The notes under the pieces were generated by a model, which had not been told where the DNA came from, ran no database searches, and saw only the letters and a program-made list of their open reading frames with translations. From Paludibacteraceae bacterium (GTDB taxonomy: Bacteria > Bacteroidota > Bacteroidia > Bacteroidales > Paludibacteraceae): 64,000 nucleotides of DNA. Of this stretch, positions 28,901 to 37,510 are shown one piece after another. The number at the start of each line of letters is the position of its first letter. Position 1 is the stretch's first letter. Position numbers and translations under genes: made by a program. The DNA lies in the NCBI GenBank assembly GCA_905233375.1, contig CAJOEJ010000002.1:6704-70703 (forward strand), written 5' to 3'.

Positions 28901-28980
28901 TTGTCCTTTGTACCTTGTCCCTTGGTACTTTGTACTTTGTACTTTGTCCCTTGGTACTTTGTACTTTGTCCCTTTGTCCC
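28901..28980 (-). repeat. tandem array of ~11 degenerate 7-8 nt units (GGGACAAA / GTACAAA / GTACCAA on the sense strand)
   Basis: The array fills the spacer between the DUF2723 stop (28981) and the COG0523 start (28882). On the plus strand it reads TTGTCC TTTGTACC TTGTCCC TTGGTAC TTTGTAC TTTGTAC TTTGTCCC TTGGTAC TTTGTAC TTTGTCCC TTTGTCCC. Confidence 0.9.
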
Positions 28981-31900
28981 TTAATTAACATAGGCTGCGT
29001 AGTCGGGATAATACTTGTCCACAAGCTCGTTTGCGCCGTTCCGCTCACATATCTGTAGCACATACTGCAGGATAGCGGCTTCACGACCGGTCGTCGATTC
29101 CATGAGGTCTCGCTGGCGTTTGTTGAGCGACGAAGCGAAACGGAGGTATTCGACGCAGGTGTTCGCCACGTTATCCATGATAGCAATGGCTTTCTCGTCC
29201 TCGTCTAACATGAAGTACATCTGTGCCATCGAGGCGGAGGTGTAGTCGTACGGGATGTTGTAGCCCGGCAACTGCTCTTCCGCATAGTCGAGCACCTCAA
29301 CGGCTTTCTCGCGCTGGTTCTCGCGGATGAGTTGTTCCGCCAGTTGGGCGAACATCATCCGGTGGGTGCGGCACATACGCATGAGGTTCTCGTCGATATA
29401 GATACCCGGGATGTTCATGTTGCCGTATTGGAACTTGTGCATCATGTTGTCGTACATCTTCTCGCTGTTGACACGCGGCTGACCGTCACGACTGCGAACC
29501 GGCGTGATACGGTAAGCCAGACCCGTCAGTTCCATCCACGGTTCCAGACCCAGATAGTAGTCATTTCCTACCGTCGCGCAGAAATACATCGGGCGCTCCC
29601 ATTGGTTGGTCGAGAGCATCTCCATGATCATCATCTCCGAGCGCGTGTACATCCGTTTCTTCTTGAACATAATCTGCTGTCCGTCAGGCGTCTCCACGTA
29701 GAGTTGGTCGGACGGGATGTAGTTGTCACCCTCGCGGGTCTTGGTACGCGGATCCTCCGAGCGCAGGAAATTGAACGCTTTCTCGACGCTTATCGGCTGT
29801 CCCAGACGGTTATCGACACGGGCGATCTCGTTGGAGCCCGGCATAAAGTCCTTGTATTCCCACGAGATAGGCAGCGCCGCCGACTCGTAGTACGGACGTT
29901 TCATCTGGCTGATGTACCAGTCCGTCTGGAGATAAGACAGGTTGCAGACACGTTTGTCAACGCCTTCTTCCTCTACTTCCTGGTTGTACCACAAGGGGAA
30001 AGTGTCGTTGTCTCCGTTCGAGAAAAGAATTGCATTCTCCTCGCACGACTTGAGGTAGTTAGCTCCGAAATCGCGGCACGAATAGCGCTGGCTGCGGTCG
30101 TGGTCATCCCAGTTCTGCTGCGCCATAAGAGCCGGTACGCCCAGACATACAATACTTACAACGATCGCAATACAGCTTTTCAGCCAGTTGTGCTCTTCCT
30201 TTGTACCTTTATTGATCCAGTCGACAAGTGCCAGCACGCCGAGTCCGATCCAGATACAGAATGCATAGAACGAACCCGCATAGGCGTAATCACGCTCACG
30301 GGGCTGATACGGCGTCTGGTTGAGGTACATCACGATCGCCAGACCCGTCAGGAAGAACAGCAGGAAAGTAAGCGTAAAACTCTTCCATCCTTCCGCCTTG
30401 CCGTCCTTGTCGCGTTTTCCTACCTGCCAGACAATACCGATGATACCGAGCAGCAACGGCAGGAAATAATAAACGTTATGTCCCTTGTTCTCTTTCAGCT
30501 CGGTCGGAAGCATGGACTGGTCGCCCAACAACGCGTTGTCAATAAACGGAATACCCGAAATCCAGTTGCCTTTGGTAATATCGCCGTAGGACTGAAGATC
30601 GTTCTGACGACCCGCGAAGTTCCACATGAAATAGCGCCAGTACATGAAGTTGACCTGATAGCGGAAGAAGAACCGTAGGTTCTCGCCGAAGGTCGGACAA
30701 TACTCCGTCTTCTGCTGACCGCAGTACTCGTAACGCACGCGTTTGCCTTTCACATTTGCCCATTCTTTGTAAGCGCCCACATGGCTGCCCTGACTCGAAT
30801 ACATACGCGGGAAAAGCATACAGAACTGCTTCATGTACTGATACGACGTCTTGTGACCCGTTACAACGTAATGATCTTTCTCGCCCTCCGCTTTCGGAGC
30901 CGGGGCATATTGTGCGTGACCGACTTTCTCCACCGGAATGCACATGTTGCCTTCCACGCGCAGCTCGACCGGCGCATTATAGGTCTGACCGTAGAACAAC
31001 GGACGGTCGCCGTATTGCTCACGGTTCAGGTAGTACTTGAGGCTGAACACGTTATCCGGGCTGTTCTGGTCCATCGGAGTGTCAGCGTTCGAACGGATGA
31101 CCAGCGCCGCATAACTGCTGTAACCGATCAGGATGACCGTAATCATCAGCGTAGCCGTATTGAGCCAGCGCGCGGGGATGATCTCGCTTTTCTTGAGCAG
31201 CAGAACCAGCAGCACAACGGACAATACGAGTCCTATCCACCATTGTTCGAACAGGAACGCAGCTCCAGAAAGAGCAAACGCAGCGGTACAAGCAATAGCG
31301 ATACGGGGCTTGCTCACATCCACTGCCGTCTCATAGACTGCCCATCCTAACGCGACAAGCGCAAGGATGATATAGATGAACAGACCCGTATTGAACGGAC
31401 ATCCTAACTTGTTGACAAACAGCAACTCGAACCAGCCGGCAACGGTCGGGAAACCCGGAATGATGCCGTACAGGATGACCAGCAGAATAGCACACGAAGC
31501 TAAGAACGCACAGATCATGCCTTTCCAGCTGAACTCGTATTTGCGGAAGTAATACACCAGTCCGATTGCCGGAATCGTCAGCAGGTTCAGCAGGTGGACG
31601 CCGATCGACAGACCCATGAGGTACGCAATGGCGATAAGCCATTTGTCACTACCCTCTTCGTCCGCTTTCTCGTCCCATTTGAGGATGAGCCAGAACACCA
31701 CCGCAGTAAACAGGGACGACGAGGCATACACCTCTCCCTCGACTGCCGAGAACCAGAACGTGTCGCTGAACGTGTACGCTAACGCGCCAACCGCTCCTGC
31801 ACCCAAAATACCGATTCCCTTCCACAAACTAACTTGAGAGGTCTCAATCTCCCCTACTAACTTCTTCGCTAATGCCGTAATGGTCCAGAAAAGGAACAGA

Positions 31901-32169
31901 ATGGTGAAGGCGCTTGCAAGCGCGGACAAAGCGTTCACGCACATCGCCACATGCGCCGTGTCAGAAGCAAACAGACTGAAAAAATGCCCCATGAGCATAA
32001 AGAAAGGTGCTCCGGGCGGGTGACCAACGTCCAGTTTCCAGGCGCTGGAGATGAACTCGCCGCAATCCCAGAAAGACGCGGTCGGTTCCATCGTCAGAAG
32101 ATACGTCGCAGCTGCTATGGCAAACACCACCCAGCCCACAAGCGTATTCCATAATTTGAATTGTTTCAT
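28981..32169 (-). CDS. DUF2723 family polytopic membrane protein (glycosyltransferase-C-like fold)
   Basis: 1062 aa. The N-terminus …LTMEPTASFWDCGEFISSAWKLDVGHPPGAPFFML… is the hallmark of DUF2723 proteins. It has many TM helices and a TPR-like soluble C-terminus. Confidence 0.85.
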   Translation of the reverse strand: MKQFKLWNTLVGWVVFAIAAATYLLTMEPTASFWDCGEFISSAWKLDVGHPPGAPFFMLMGHFFSLFASDTAHVAMCVNALSALASAFTILFLFWTITALAKKLVGEIETSQVSLWKGIGILGAGAVGALAYTFSDTFWFSAVEGEVYASSSLFTAVVFWLILKWDEKADEEGSDKWLIAIAYLMGLSIGVHLLNLLTIPAIGLVYYFRKYEFSWKGMICAFLASCAILLVILYGIIPGFPTVAGWFELLFVNKLGCPFNTGLFIYIILALVALGWAVYETAVDVSKPRIAIACTAAFALSGAAFLFEQWWIGLVLSVVLLVLLLKKSEIIPARWLNTATLMITVILIGYSSYAALVIRSNADTPMDQNSPDNVFSLKYYLNREQYGDRPLFYGQTYNAPVELRVEGNMCIPVEKVGHAQYAPAPKAEGEKDHYVVTGHKTSYQYMKQFCMLFPRMYSSQGSHVGAYKEWANVKGKRVRYEYCGQQKTEYCPTFGENLRFFFRYQVNFMYWRYFMWNFAGRQNDLQSYGDITKGNWISGIPFIDNALLGDQSMLPTELKENKGHNVYYFLPLLLGIIGIVWQVGKRDKDGKAEGWKSFTLTFLLFFLTGLAIVMYLNQTPYQPRERDYAYAGSFYAFCIWIGLGVLALVDWINKGTKEEHNWLKSCIAIVVSIVCLGVPALMAQQNWDDHDRSQRYSCRDFGANYLKSCEENAILFSNGDNDTFPLWYNQEVEEEGVDKRVCNLSYLQTDWYISQMKRPYYESAALPISWEYKDFMPGSNEIARVDNRLGQPISVEKAFNFLRSEDPRTKTREGDNYIPSDQLYVETPDGQQIMFKKKRMYTRSEMMIMEMLSTNQWERPMYFCATVGNDYYLGLEPWMELTGLAYRITPVRSRDGQPRVNSEKMYDNMMHKFQYGNMNIPGIYIDENLMRMCRTHRMMFAQLAEQLIRENQREKAVEVLDYAEEQLPGYNIPYDYTSASMAQMYFMLDEDEKAIAIMDNVANTCVEYLRFASSLNKRQRDLMESTTGREAAILQYVLQICERNGANELVDKYYPDYAAYVN

Positions 32170-32246
32170 TGATTTTATTTGTTTTAAATATATATTTTAT
32201 AAGGATATTTTTGCCCCTATCCGTCAGGTCACACAAAATGCGGGTG

Positions 32247-32278
32247 CAAAGGTACACATTTTTTTGCAAATATGCAAA
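32247..32278 (-). promoter_or_regulatory. sigma-A type promoter of the DUF2723 gene
   Basis: On the minus strand: TTTG (32278-32275), 20 nt, TACCTTTG (32254-32247). Confidence 0.6.
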
Positions 32279-32491
32279 TATTTTCGAATAAATCTTCATT
32301 TTGCCGCCATTTCAACGTTACTTACGAACCTGTTTTGATTCGAAACGGAAATGTTTTTTATGTGTATTTCTTTGGAATGATTTAACTCGTAGAGTTGTGG
32401 TTTGTTTAATTTTTAGTGGACACTAGTGGGGTTTTGTATGTTTTTTTCTAACTTATCACAAGTACTTTTCTGACCAAAAATTGTCCGAAAA

Positions 32492-32523
32492 TTTGCACAT
32501 TCAAAATATTTTTCGTATCTTTG
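32492..32523 (+). promoter_or_regulatory. sigma-A type promoter upstream of 128-nt repeat copy A and the GNAT fusion gene
   Basis: TTTG (32492-32495), 20 nt, TATCTTTG (32516-32523). A near-identical cassette occurs at 62028-62059. Confidence 0.6.
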
Positions 32524-32555
32524 CACCCGTTTTTTCATCACGCGGAAAATACCCC

Positions 32556-32683
32556 GGACAAGGTCGGGACCGGATCCGACCAAAGGATCGCCCAATGATC
32601 CCCAAAGGATTGCCCAAGGATGAGACGCAAAAACTAACAATCATACACAAACACTATATATATACTTTGTATATATATACTTT
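32556..32683 (+). repeat. 128-nt dispersed repeat, copy A (candidate small RNA / MITE-like element)
   Basis: Aligns without gaps to 61876-62003 (roughly 85-90% identity by eye). Internal hairpins are GGTCGG…CCGACC and GGATCgcccaatGATCC. The 3' end is an 11-bp AT hairpin (32655-32679) followed by CTTT. Confidence 0.8.
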
Positions 32684-32695
32684 AAAACGGTAAAG

Positions 32696-33526
32696 ATGGC
32701 TATTGTAAGAAACTTCCCACACGGTCAAACGAGTGGAAAAATGAACAAAAGAACCAACGAGGTGCATCGTGTTATCAATGGAAAAGAGTACGTCCATACT
32801 ATCGAAAAGGAGTATGAAGACGACCCTTCCGCAGCCCAGAAACTCCAGCGCGCCATTTTCGGCAAGACGAACGCTATTGTCAACGGCATCATGTCCGATC
32901 CGGAGCAGGTCAAAGAGTGGACGGCACGCATGGAGGAGGCGAATCGAGCCATCAGTCTCTCCTCACAGCCTTCACGCAAACGCTGGGTCACCGTGCGGCA
33001 GTATGTCTATGCCGTCATTAGTGAAGAGTTGAAGCGCAAACCTGCCGCCAAACGCAGAAGAGCCAAACTGCCCTACACCCTCCCAAGAGGCGTCAAACTG
33101 CACGTAGCCGCCTTCTCCGACCTCACTGCCGCGGAGCTGTACGAAATGCTCAAAGCGCGCTTTCATGTCTTTGTATGCGAGCAACACATTCACTATCTCG
33201 ACGAAGACAATATCGACTATGTCGCCACCCATTTCTCCCTGCGCAAAAGAGGGCTCGTCGTCGCTTATGCTCGCCTTTTCCCCGACGCACAGGAAGGAGT
33301 GCTCAATATCGGCAGAATGCTCACCATCGAGCGCAACAAAGGATTTGCCGGATACCTCTTGCTCCAAATGGAACAGGAAGCGCTGAACCGGGGAGCACAC
33401 ACCCTACGCCTCCACGCACAACTGCAGGTTGCCGCGTTCTACGAACATATGGGATTCCAAACGGTGGGACAGCCATTCGCAGAGGCCGGACTACCACATA
33501 TACTCATGGAAAAAAAGATCGGCTGA
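32696..33526 (+). CDS. fusion protein: basic N-terminal domain of unknown function + ElaA-type GNAT N-acetyltransferase
   Basis: 276 aa. Residues ~135-276 carry the ElaA/GNAT pattern (…AAELYEMLKARFHVFVCEQ…YLDEDNID…, …ERNKGFAGYLL…). Residues 1-130 are Lys/Arg-rich and match no motif I recognise. Confidence 0.75.
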   Translation: MAIVRNFPHGQTSGKMNKRTNEVHRVINGKEYVHTIEKEYEDDPSAAQKLQRAIFGKTNAIVNGIMSDPEQVKEWTARMEEANRAISLSSQPSRKRWVTVRQYVYAVISEELKRKPAAKRRRAKLPYTLPRGVKLHVAAFSDLTAAELYEMLKARFHVFVCEQHIHYLDEDNIDYVATHFSLRKRGLVVAYARLFPDAQEGVLNIGRMLTIERNKGFAGYLLLQMEQEALNRGAHTLRLHAQLQVAAFYEHMGFQTVGQPFAEAGLPHILMEKKIG

Positions 33527-33580
33527 CAAACGGGCAAAACAACAAAAATACACATTTTTTGTAAAATTTAATGGCATATG

Positions 33581-33612
33581 CTTGCATATGTCATTTTTTT
33601 TTCGTACCTTTG
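33581..33612 (+). promoter_or_regulatory. sigma-A type promoter of the bactofilin-DUF1015-OmpA gene run
   Basis: cTTG (33582-33584), 20 nt, TACCTTTG (33605-33612). Confidence 0.55.
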
Positions 33613-33665
33613 CACGCTTTTTATGCGAAACAATGAAACTTTTTATGTAAAACCATTAAATATGT

Positions 33666-34037
33666 ATGATTATGGCAAGTGAGAAACAACAGAGCGGTTC
33701 GATGTTCAACGCCCTGACCGCGGGCAGTAAGATTGTAGGAACGATAACAGCCGATAGCGACTACCGCATCGACGGCGTGATAGAAGGAGAACTCCATTGT
33801 ACCGGCAAAGTGGTGATCGGCGAAGCCGGGAAAGTAAAAGGAACGGTGGTATGCCAGAATGCCGAGATCATGGGGCTCATGGACGGCAAAATCACCTGCC
33901 ACCAGCAGTTGTCGCTCCGCGCAAATGGTAAAATCCAGGGAGAAGTGCAGACCAAAACGCTCATCGTCGAGCCGGGAGCGCTCTTCAACGGCTCGTGCTC
34001 GATGGGAACAGACAAACCGATCACACCTGCGAAATAA
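33666..34037 (+). CDS. bactofilin family cytoskeletal protein
   Basis: 123 aa of beta-helical repeats (…IVGTITADSDYRIDGVIEGELHCTGKVVIGEAGKVKGTVVCQNAEIMG…) typical of bactofilin/DUF583. An alternative ATG is at 33672. Confidence 0.85.
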   Translation: MIMASEKQQSGSMFNALTAGSKIVGTITADSDYRIDGVIEGELHCTGKVVIGEAGKVKGTVVCQNAEIMGLMDGKITCHQQLSLRANGKIQGEVQTKTLIVEPGALFNGSCSMGTDKPITPAK

Positions 34038-34052
34038 ATAAGGACAAGATCT

Positions 34053-35366
34053 ATGAGAATCAAACCGTTTAGAGGGTATCGCCCCCCGAAAGAATTAGTG
34101 GAAGAGGTGAGTAGCCGTCCTTACGACGTCCTCAACTCGGAAGAGGCACGCGAAGAGGCTGCGGGTAACGAGAAGTCGCTGTACCATATTATCAAGCCGG
34201 AGATCAACTTCGCTCCCGGCACAGACGAGCACGACCCGCGTGTCTATGATGCGGCGGTAGAGCAGTTCAAGTTGTTCAAGCAGAACGGATGGCTCGTTCA
34301 GGATCCGGAGGAGCGCTATTATGTCTATGCCCAGACTATTCTGGGAAACCAGCCCTCTGCCATCAGCAGCCAACAGGACAAGACCCAATACGGATTAGTG
34401 GTGGGCGCATGGGTGGATGACTACATCGAGGGACGCATCAAGAAACATGAGCTGACCCGCAAGGACAAGGAGGAAGACCGGATGAAGCACGTGCGGGCGC
34501 TGAATGCCAATATGGAACCCGTCTTCTTCGCCTATCCGCATCGAGACGATCTGGACGAGATGATAGCGCAGGTGGCCAAAGGAACGCCCGAATACGATTT
34601 CGTGGCGGCTCCCGAGGGATTCCGGCACACTTTTTGGGTGATCGAAGACAAGCAGATGATAGCCCGCATCACGGAGATCTTTGCTCAGATACCCGCTATG
34701 TATATAGCCGACGGACACCATAGAAGTGCAGCTGCCGCTGGAGTCGGAGCGGAGAAGAAAAAGCTCTACCCGACCCCAGCCGGTGAGAATCAAAGACCCG
34801 AATATGAGTTCTTCCTCGCAGTATGCTTCCCCGATAACCAGCTCAATATAATCGACTACAACCGCGTGGTCAAGGATCTCAACGGCTTGACGGAAGAGGA
34901 CTTCCTCAAGGCGCTCGAAGAGGACTTCGAGGTGCATGCACAAAGTGACAATGTACTCTGTACAAAGGGAGATTATTCCGCAGTGAAACCCAAAGGGCTG
35001 CATAATTTCAGCCTTTATATGGGCGGAAAATGGTACTCCCTGACCGCCAAAGAAGGACGTTACGACGACAATGACCCGATAGGCGTATTGGACGTGACCA
35101 TCTCCAGCAACCTTATTCTGGATAAGATTCTGGGCATCAAAGACCTGAGAACCGACAAGCGTATTGATTTCGTGGGTGGAATCCGCGGATTAGGCGAGTT
35201 GGAACGCAGAGTGGACAGCGGAGAGTGCAAAGCGGCGTTAGCCCTCTACCCCGTTACCATGCAGCAGATCATCGACATTGCTGACAGTGGAAACATCATG
35301 CCGCCCAAGACGACGTGGTTTGAACCCAAACTGCGTTCAGGACTCGTGGTACATGAACTGAAATAA
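34053..35366 (+). CDS. DUF1015 family protein
   Basis: 437 aa with N-terminus MRIKPFRGYRP…SRPYDVL and …YIADGHHRSAAA…, both typical of DUF1015. Confidence 0.82.
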   Translation: MRIKPFRGYRPPKELVEEVSSRPYDVLNSEEAREEAAGNEKSLYHIIKPEINFAPGTDEHDPRVYDAAVEQFKLFKQNGWLVQDPEERYYVYAQTILGNQPSAISSQQDKTQYGLVVGAWVDDYIEGRIKKHELTRKDKEEDRMKHVRALNANMEPVFFAYPHRDDLDEMIAQVAKGTPEYDFVAAPEGFRHTFWVIEDKQMIARITEIFAQIPAMYIADGHHRSAAAAGVGAEKKKLYPTPAGENQRPEYEFFLAVCFPDNQLNIIDYNRVVKDLNGLTEEDFLKALEEDFEVHAQSDNVLCTKGDYSAVKPKGLHNFSLYMGGKWYSLTAKEGRYDDNDPIGVLDVTISSNLILDKILGIKDLRTDKRIDFVGGIRGLGELERRVDSGECKAALALYPVTMQQIIDIADSGNIMPPKTTWFEPKLRSGLVVHELK

Positions 35367-35368
35367 TG

Positions 35369-35406
35369 GATAATTGAAAATTGAGAATTGAGAATTTGAG
35401 AATCAA
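35369..35406 (+). repeat. heptamer word array GGATAATTG AAAATTG AGAATTG AGAATTTG AGAATCAAT
   Basis: Spans the spacer after the DUF1015 gene. It contains four TTG triplets covering all three frames (35374, 35381, 35388, 35396). The OmpA-family ORF opens at 35381. Confidence 0.85.
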
Positions 35407-37480
35407 TAAACACATAGCATTCCTTTGTACGTTGTACATTGTCCCTTTGTACATCGTATTCTGTCTTTCTTCCTGCTCTGTGCAGCAACGGATCAAACGG
35501 GCGGACAAGAAGTTCGCTATTGGAGAGTACTACATGGCGGGGGACATATACAAGTCCTGTTACAGCCAGTTGTCCGCCAAGAAACAGCGGGACCTGAAAG
35601 GCTATGTCGCCTATCGTCAGGCGGAGTGCTACCGTCTCATTAATAACCCGCGCGCGGCAAACATATACCAGAGTGCCCTCCGGTGCAAATACCAGTTGCA
35701 GGACTCCACCGTCTTTCTTCATATGGCGCAGGTGCTCCAGTATCAGGGCAAGTACAAAGAAGCCATCAAGCATTATGACAGTTACCTCGAGCAACACCCC
35801 GACAATTACGTGGCGCAAGCAGGTAAGTACGCGTGCATGAAAATTGAGGAATGGAAGAAAGAAGGTACGCGGTACAAGATAAGCGAGGCGAAGGAGTTCA
35901 ACGCCAAACGTTCAAGTAACTTCTCACCCATGTTCATAGGCTCGCAAGCCGACGCCTTGATGTTCTCTTCCAACCGGCAGGAGAAATCCAAAGGGAACAC
36001 GAAGAAGCTGCAACGCCCCAGTAACGTGACAGGACAACAACTCTTCCAACTATACCAGACACGCAAAAACGCGGCGGGTGAATGGGAAGAGATAGAATTG
36101 GCGGAAGGACTCTACGGAGGAAATGAAAACGAGCAGGAGAACGACTCCACGGGAGGCAAACAGAGCGGTACTGCGGAAATAGGTGTATGCTGTTTCAGCC
36201 GCGACGGACGCACGATGTATTTCACCTACTCTAAGCCCGTGAACGGGAAAGATCTCGGAGCCAAGATCTACAAGAGCGAGCGTGCAAGCGGAGAATGGGG
36301 AGAGGCGCAGGAAGTGAAGCTGTTTGCAGATAGCTCGTTGACCGTGGGACATCCGGCATTGAATGCAACCGAAGACACCTTGTATTTCGTGAGCGACGCG
36401 CCCGGAGGGGAAGGCGGAAAAGACATCTGGATGGCGGAACTGGACGGGAACGAATGGGTGAACGCACAGCCGTTAGGAAAAGGAATCAACACCTCCGCCG
36501 ATGAGATGTTCCCCTATGTACACGAGGATGGGACACTCTATTTCGCCAGCAACGGACACCCCGGATACGGAGGACTCGACTTGTACAAAGCACGGATCGA
36601 CTCCACCGTGACCGACTCCGTCGTGTGGGAGGTCTATAACCTCGGAACACCTTTCAACGGACCCGGAGATGACTTCGGTATCACGTTTGCCGGCAACACG
36701 CAGGACGGATTCTTCAGTTCCAACAGGAACGACAAAAAAGGATTCGACAAGATCTATCGTTTCTGGCTGCCCGAAATGGAGTTCGTGGTGGAAGGCATCG
36801 TTACAGACGAAGCCGGTACTCCGCTCAACGAAGCGCACTTGCGCTTAGTCGGAAGCGACGGAACGAACACCAAACTCAACGCACGTCGGGACGGCACGTA
36901 CAAAATCAAACTCAAACGGGAGGTGAAGTACGTCATGCTGGCTACCGCAAGAGGACACCTGAATGCAAAAGAACAATGGAACACGATGGGGTTGAAAGAC
37001 AGCAAGACCTATACCGTCAATTTTGCGCTTAGTCCTGTCAGCCGACCCGTCAAGATGGACAATATCTTCTATGAATTCGGTCGCTGGGAGTTGACGCAAG
37101 CCTCGGAAACGGAACTGCTGCAACTGGTCAAACTGCTCAATGACAACCCCAATATCACCATTGAGTTGTCCGCCCACACGGATATGAAAGGTACAGACGA
37201 GTTCAACAACGAGCTGAGTCAGAAACGTGCGCAGAGTTGCTGCGATTTCCTGATCAGACACGGTATAGAGCAGGAACGCCTCACACCGCTCGGATACGGA
37301 AAGACGAAGCCCGTTGTGTGCGACAAGGCGCTCAACAAACAATACTCCTTCATCCCCGTGGAGCAGGTTCTGGACGAAGCGTTTATCACTACCCTCCCCG
37401 CGGACAAACAGGAGATTTGCAACCAGATCAACCGTCGAACCGAGTTCAAGGTGGTCAAAACAACCTACAAACTGTATTGA
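35381..37480 (+). CDS. OmpA-family lipoprotein with TPR, PD40/TolB-like beta-propeller and carboxypeptidase-regulatory-like regions
   Basis: 699 aa. The C-terminal OmpA domain reads …IFYEFGRWELT…LSAHTDMKGTDEFNNELSQKRAQ…NRRTEFKV. Lipoprotein-like signal …VFCLSSCS. The only in-frame start codons before the signal peptide are TTG (35381, 35396), both inside a heptamer repeat. Confidence 0.85.
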   Translation: MRIENLRINKHIAFLCTLYIVPLYIVFCLSSCSVQQRIKRADKKFAIGEYYMAGDIYKSCYSQLSAKKQRDLKGYVAYRQAECYRLINNPRAANIYQSALRCKYQLQDSTVFLHMAQVLQYQGKYKEAIKHYDSYLEQHPDNYVAQAGKYACMKIEEWKKEGTRYKISEAKEFNAKRSSNFSPMFIGSQADALMFSSNRQEKSKGNTKKLQRPSNVTGQQLFQLYQTRKNAAGEWEEIELAEGLYGGNENEQENDSTGGKQSGTAEIGVCCFSRDGRTMYFTYSKPVNGKDLGAKIYKSERASGEWGEAQEVKLFADSSLTVGHPALNATEDTLYFVSDAPGGEGGKDIWMAELDGNEWVNAQPLGKGINTSADEMFPYVHEDGTLYFASNGHPGYGGLDLYKARIDSTVTDSVVWEVYNLGTPFNGPGDDFGITFAGNTQDGFFSSNRNDKKGFDKIYRFWLPEMEFVVEGIVTDEAGTPLNEAHLRLVGSDGTNTKLNARRDGTYKIKLKREVKYVMLATARGHLNAKEQWNTMGLKDSKTYTVNFALSPVSRPVKMDNIFYEFGRWELTQASETELLQLVKLLNDNPNITIELSAHTDMKGTDEFNNELSQKRAQSCCDFLIRHGIEQERLTPLGYGKTKPVVCDKALNKQYSFIPVEQVLDEAFITTLPADKQEICNQINRRTEFKVVKTTYKLY
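35422..35454 (+). repeat. 33-nt repeat CCTTTGTACGTTGTACATTGTCCCTTTGTACAT (copy 1 of 3)
   Basis: Near-identical to 53462-53494 and 61833-61865. It encodes the hydrophobic core (FLCTLYIVPLYI) of the OmpA-family lipoprotein signal peptide. Confidence 0.85.
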
Positions 37481-37509
37481 TTACGAAAACTACGCAAACT
37501 ACGCGAAGC
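37479..37509 (+). repeat. direct repeat GATTACGAAAACTACGCAAACTACGCGAAGC immediately upstream of the thyA ATG
   Basis: AAACTACGC occurs twice in tandem. The array fills the whole spacer between the OmpA-family stop and thyA. Confidence 0.7.
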
Positions 37510-37510
37510 A

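Noticed and set aside
28901-28980. Whether the tandem arrays (also 61321-61413) could be a CRISPR array.
   Set aside because: The units are 7-8 nt (or 15 nt) and abut directly, with no unique spacers. There are no cas genes in the window.
28896-29186. 96-aa minus-strand ORF reading through the GTACAAAG array into the DUF2723 gene end.
   Set aside because: It overlaps the DUF2723 C-terminus out of frame, and its N-terminal half is merely the translated tandem repeat.
32481-32693. 70-aa ORF, and the N-terminal extension of ORF 61843, which translate the 128-nt repeat into a conserved peptide GQGR(D/A)RIRPKDRPMIP(K/Q)GLPKDETQK.
   Set aside because: The frames run straight through predicted promoter boxes and the AT hairpin. 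Copy A would need a TTG start within the -33 region. Only 3 of 5 differences in the conserved part are synonymous, which is too few to argue for coding selection. I treat the element as non-coding, but a short peptide starting at the internal ATG (MIP…) is not excluded.
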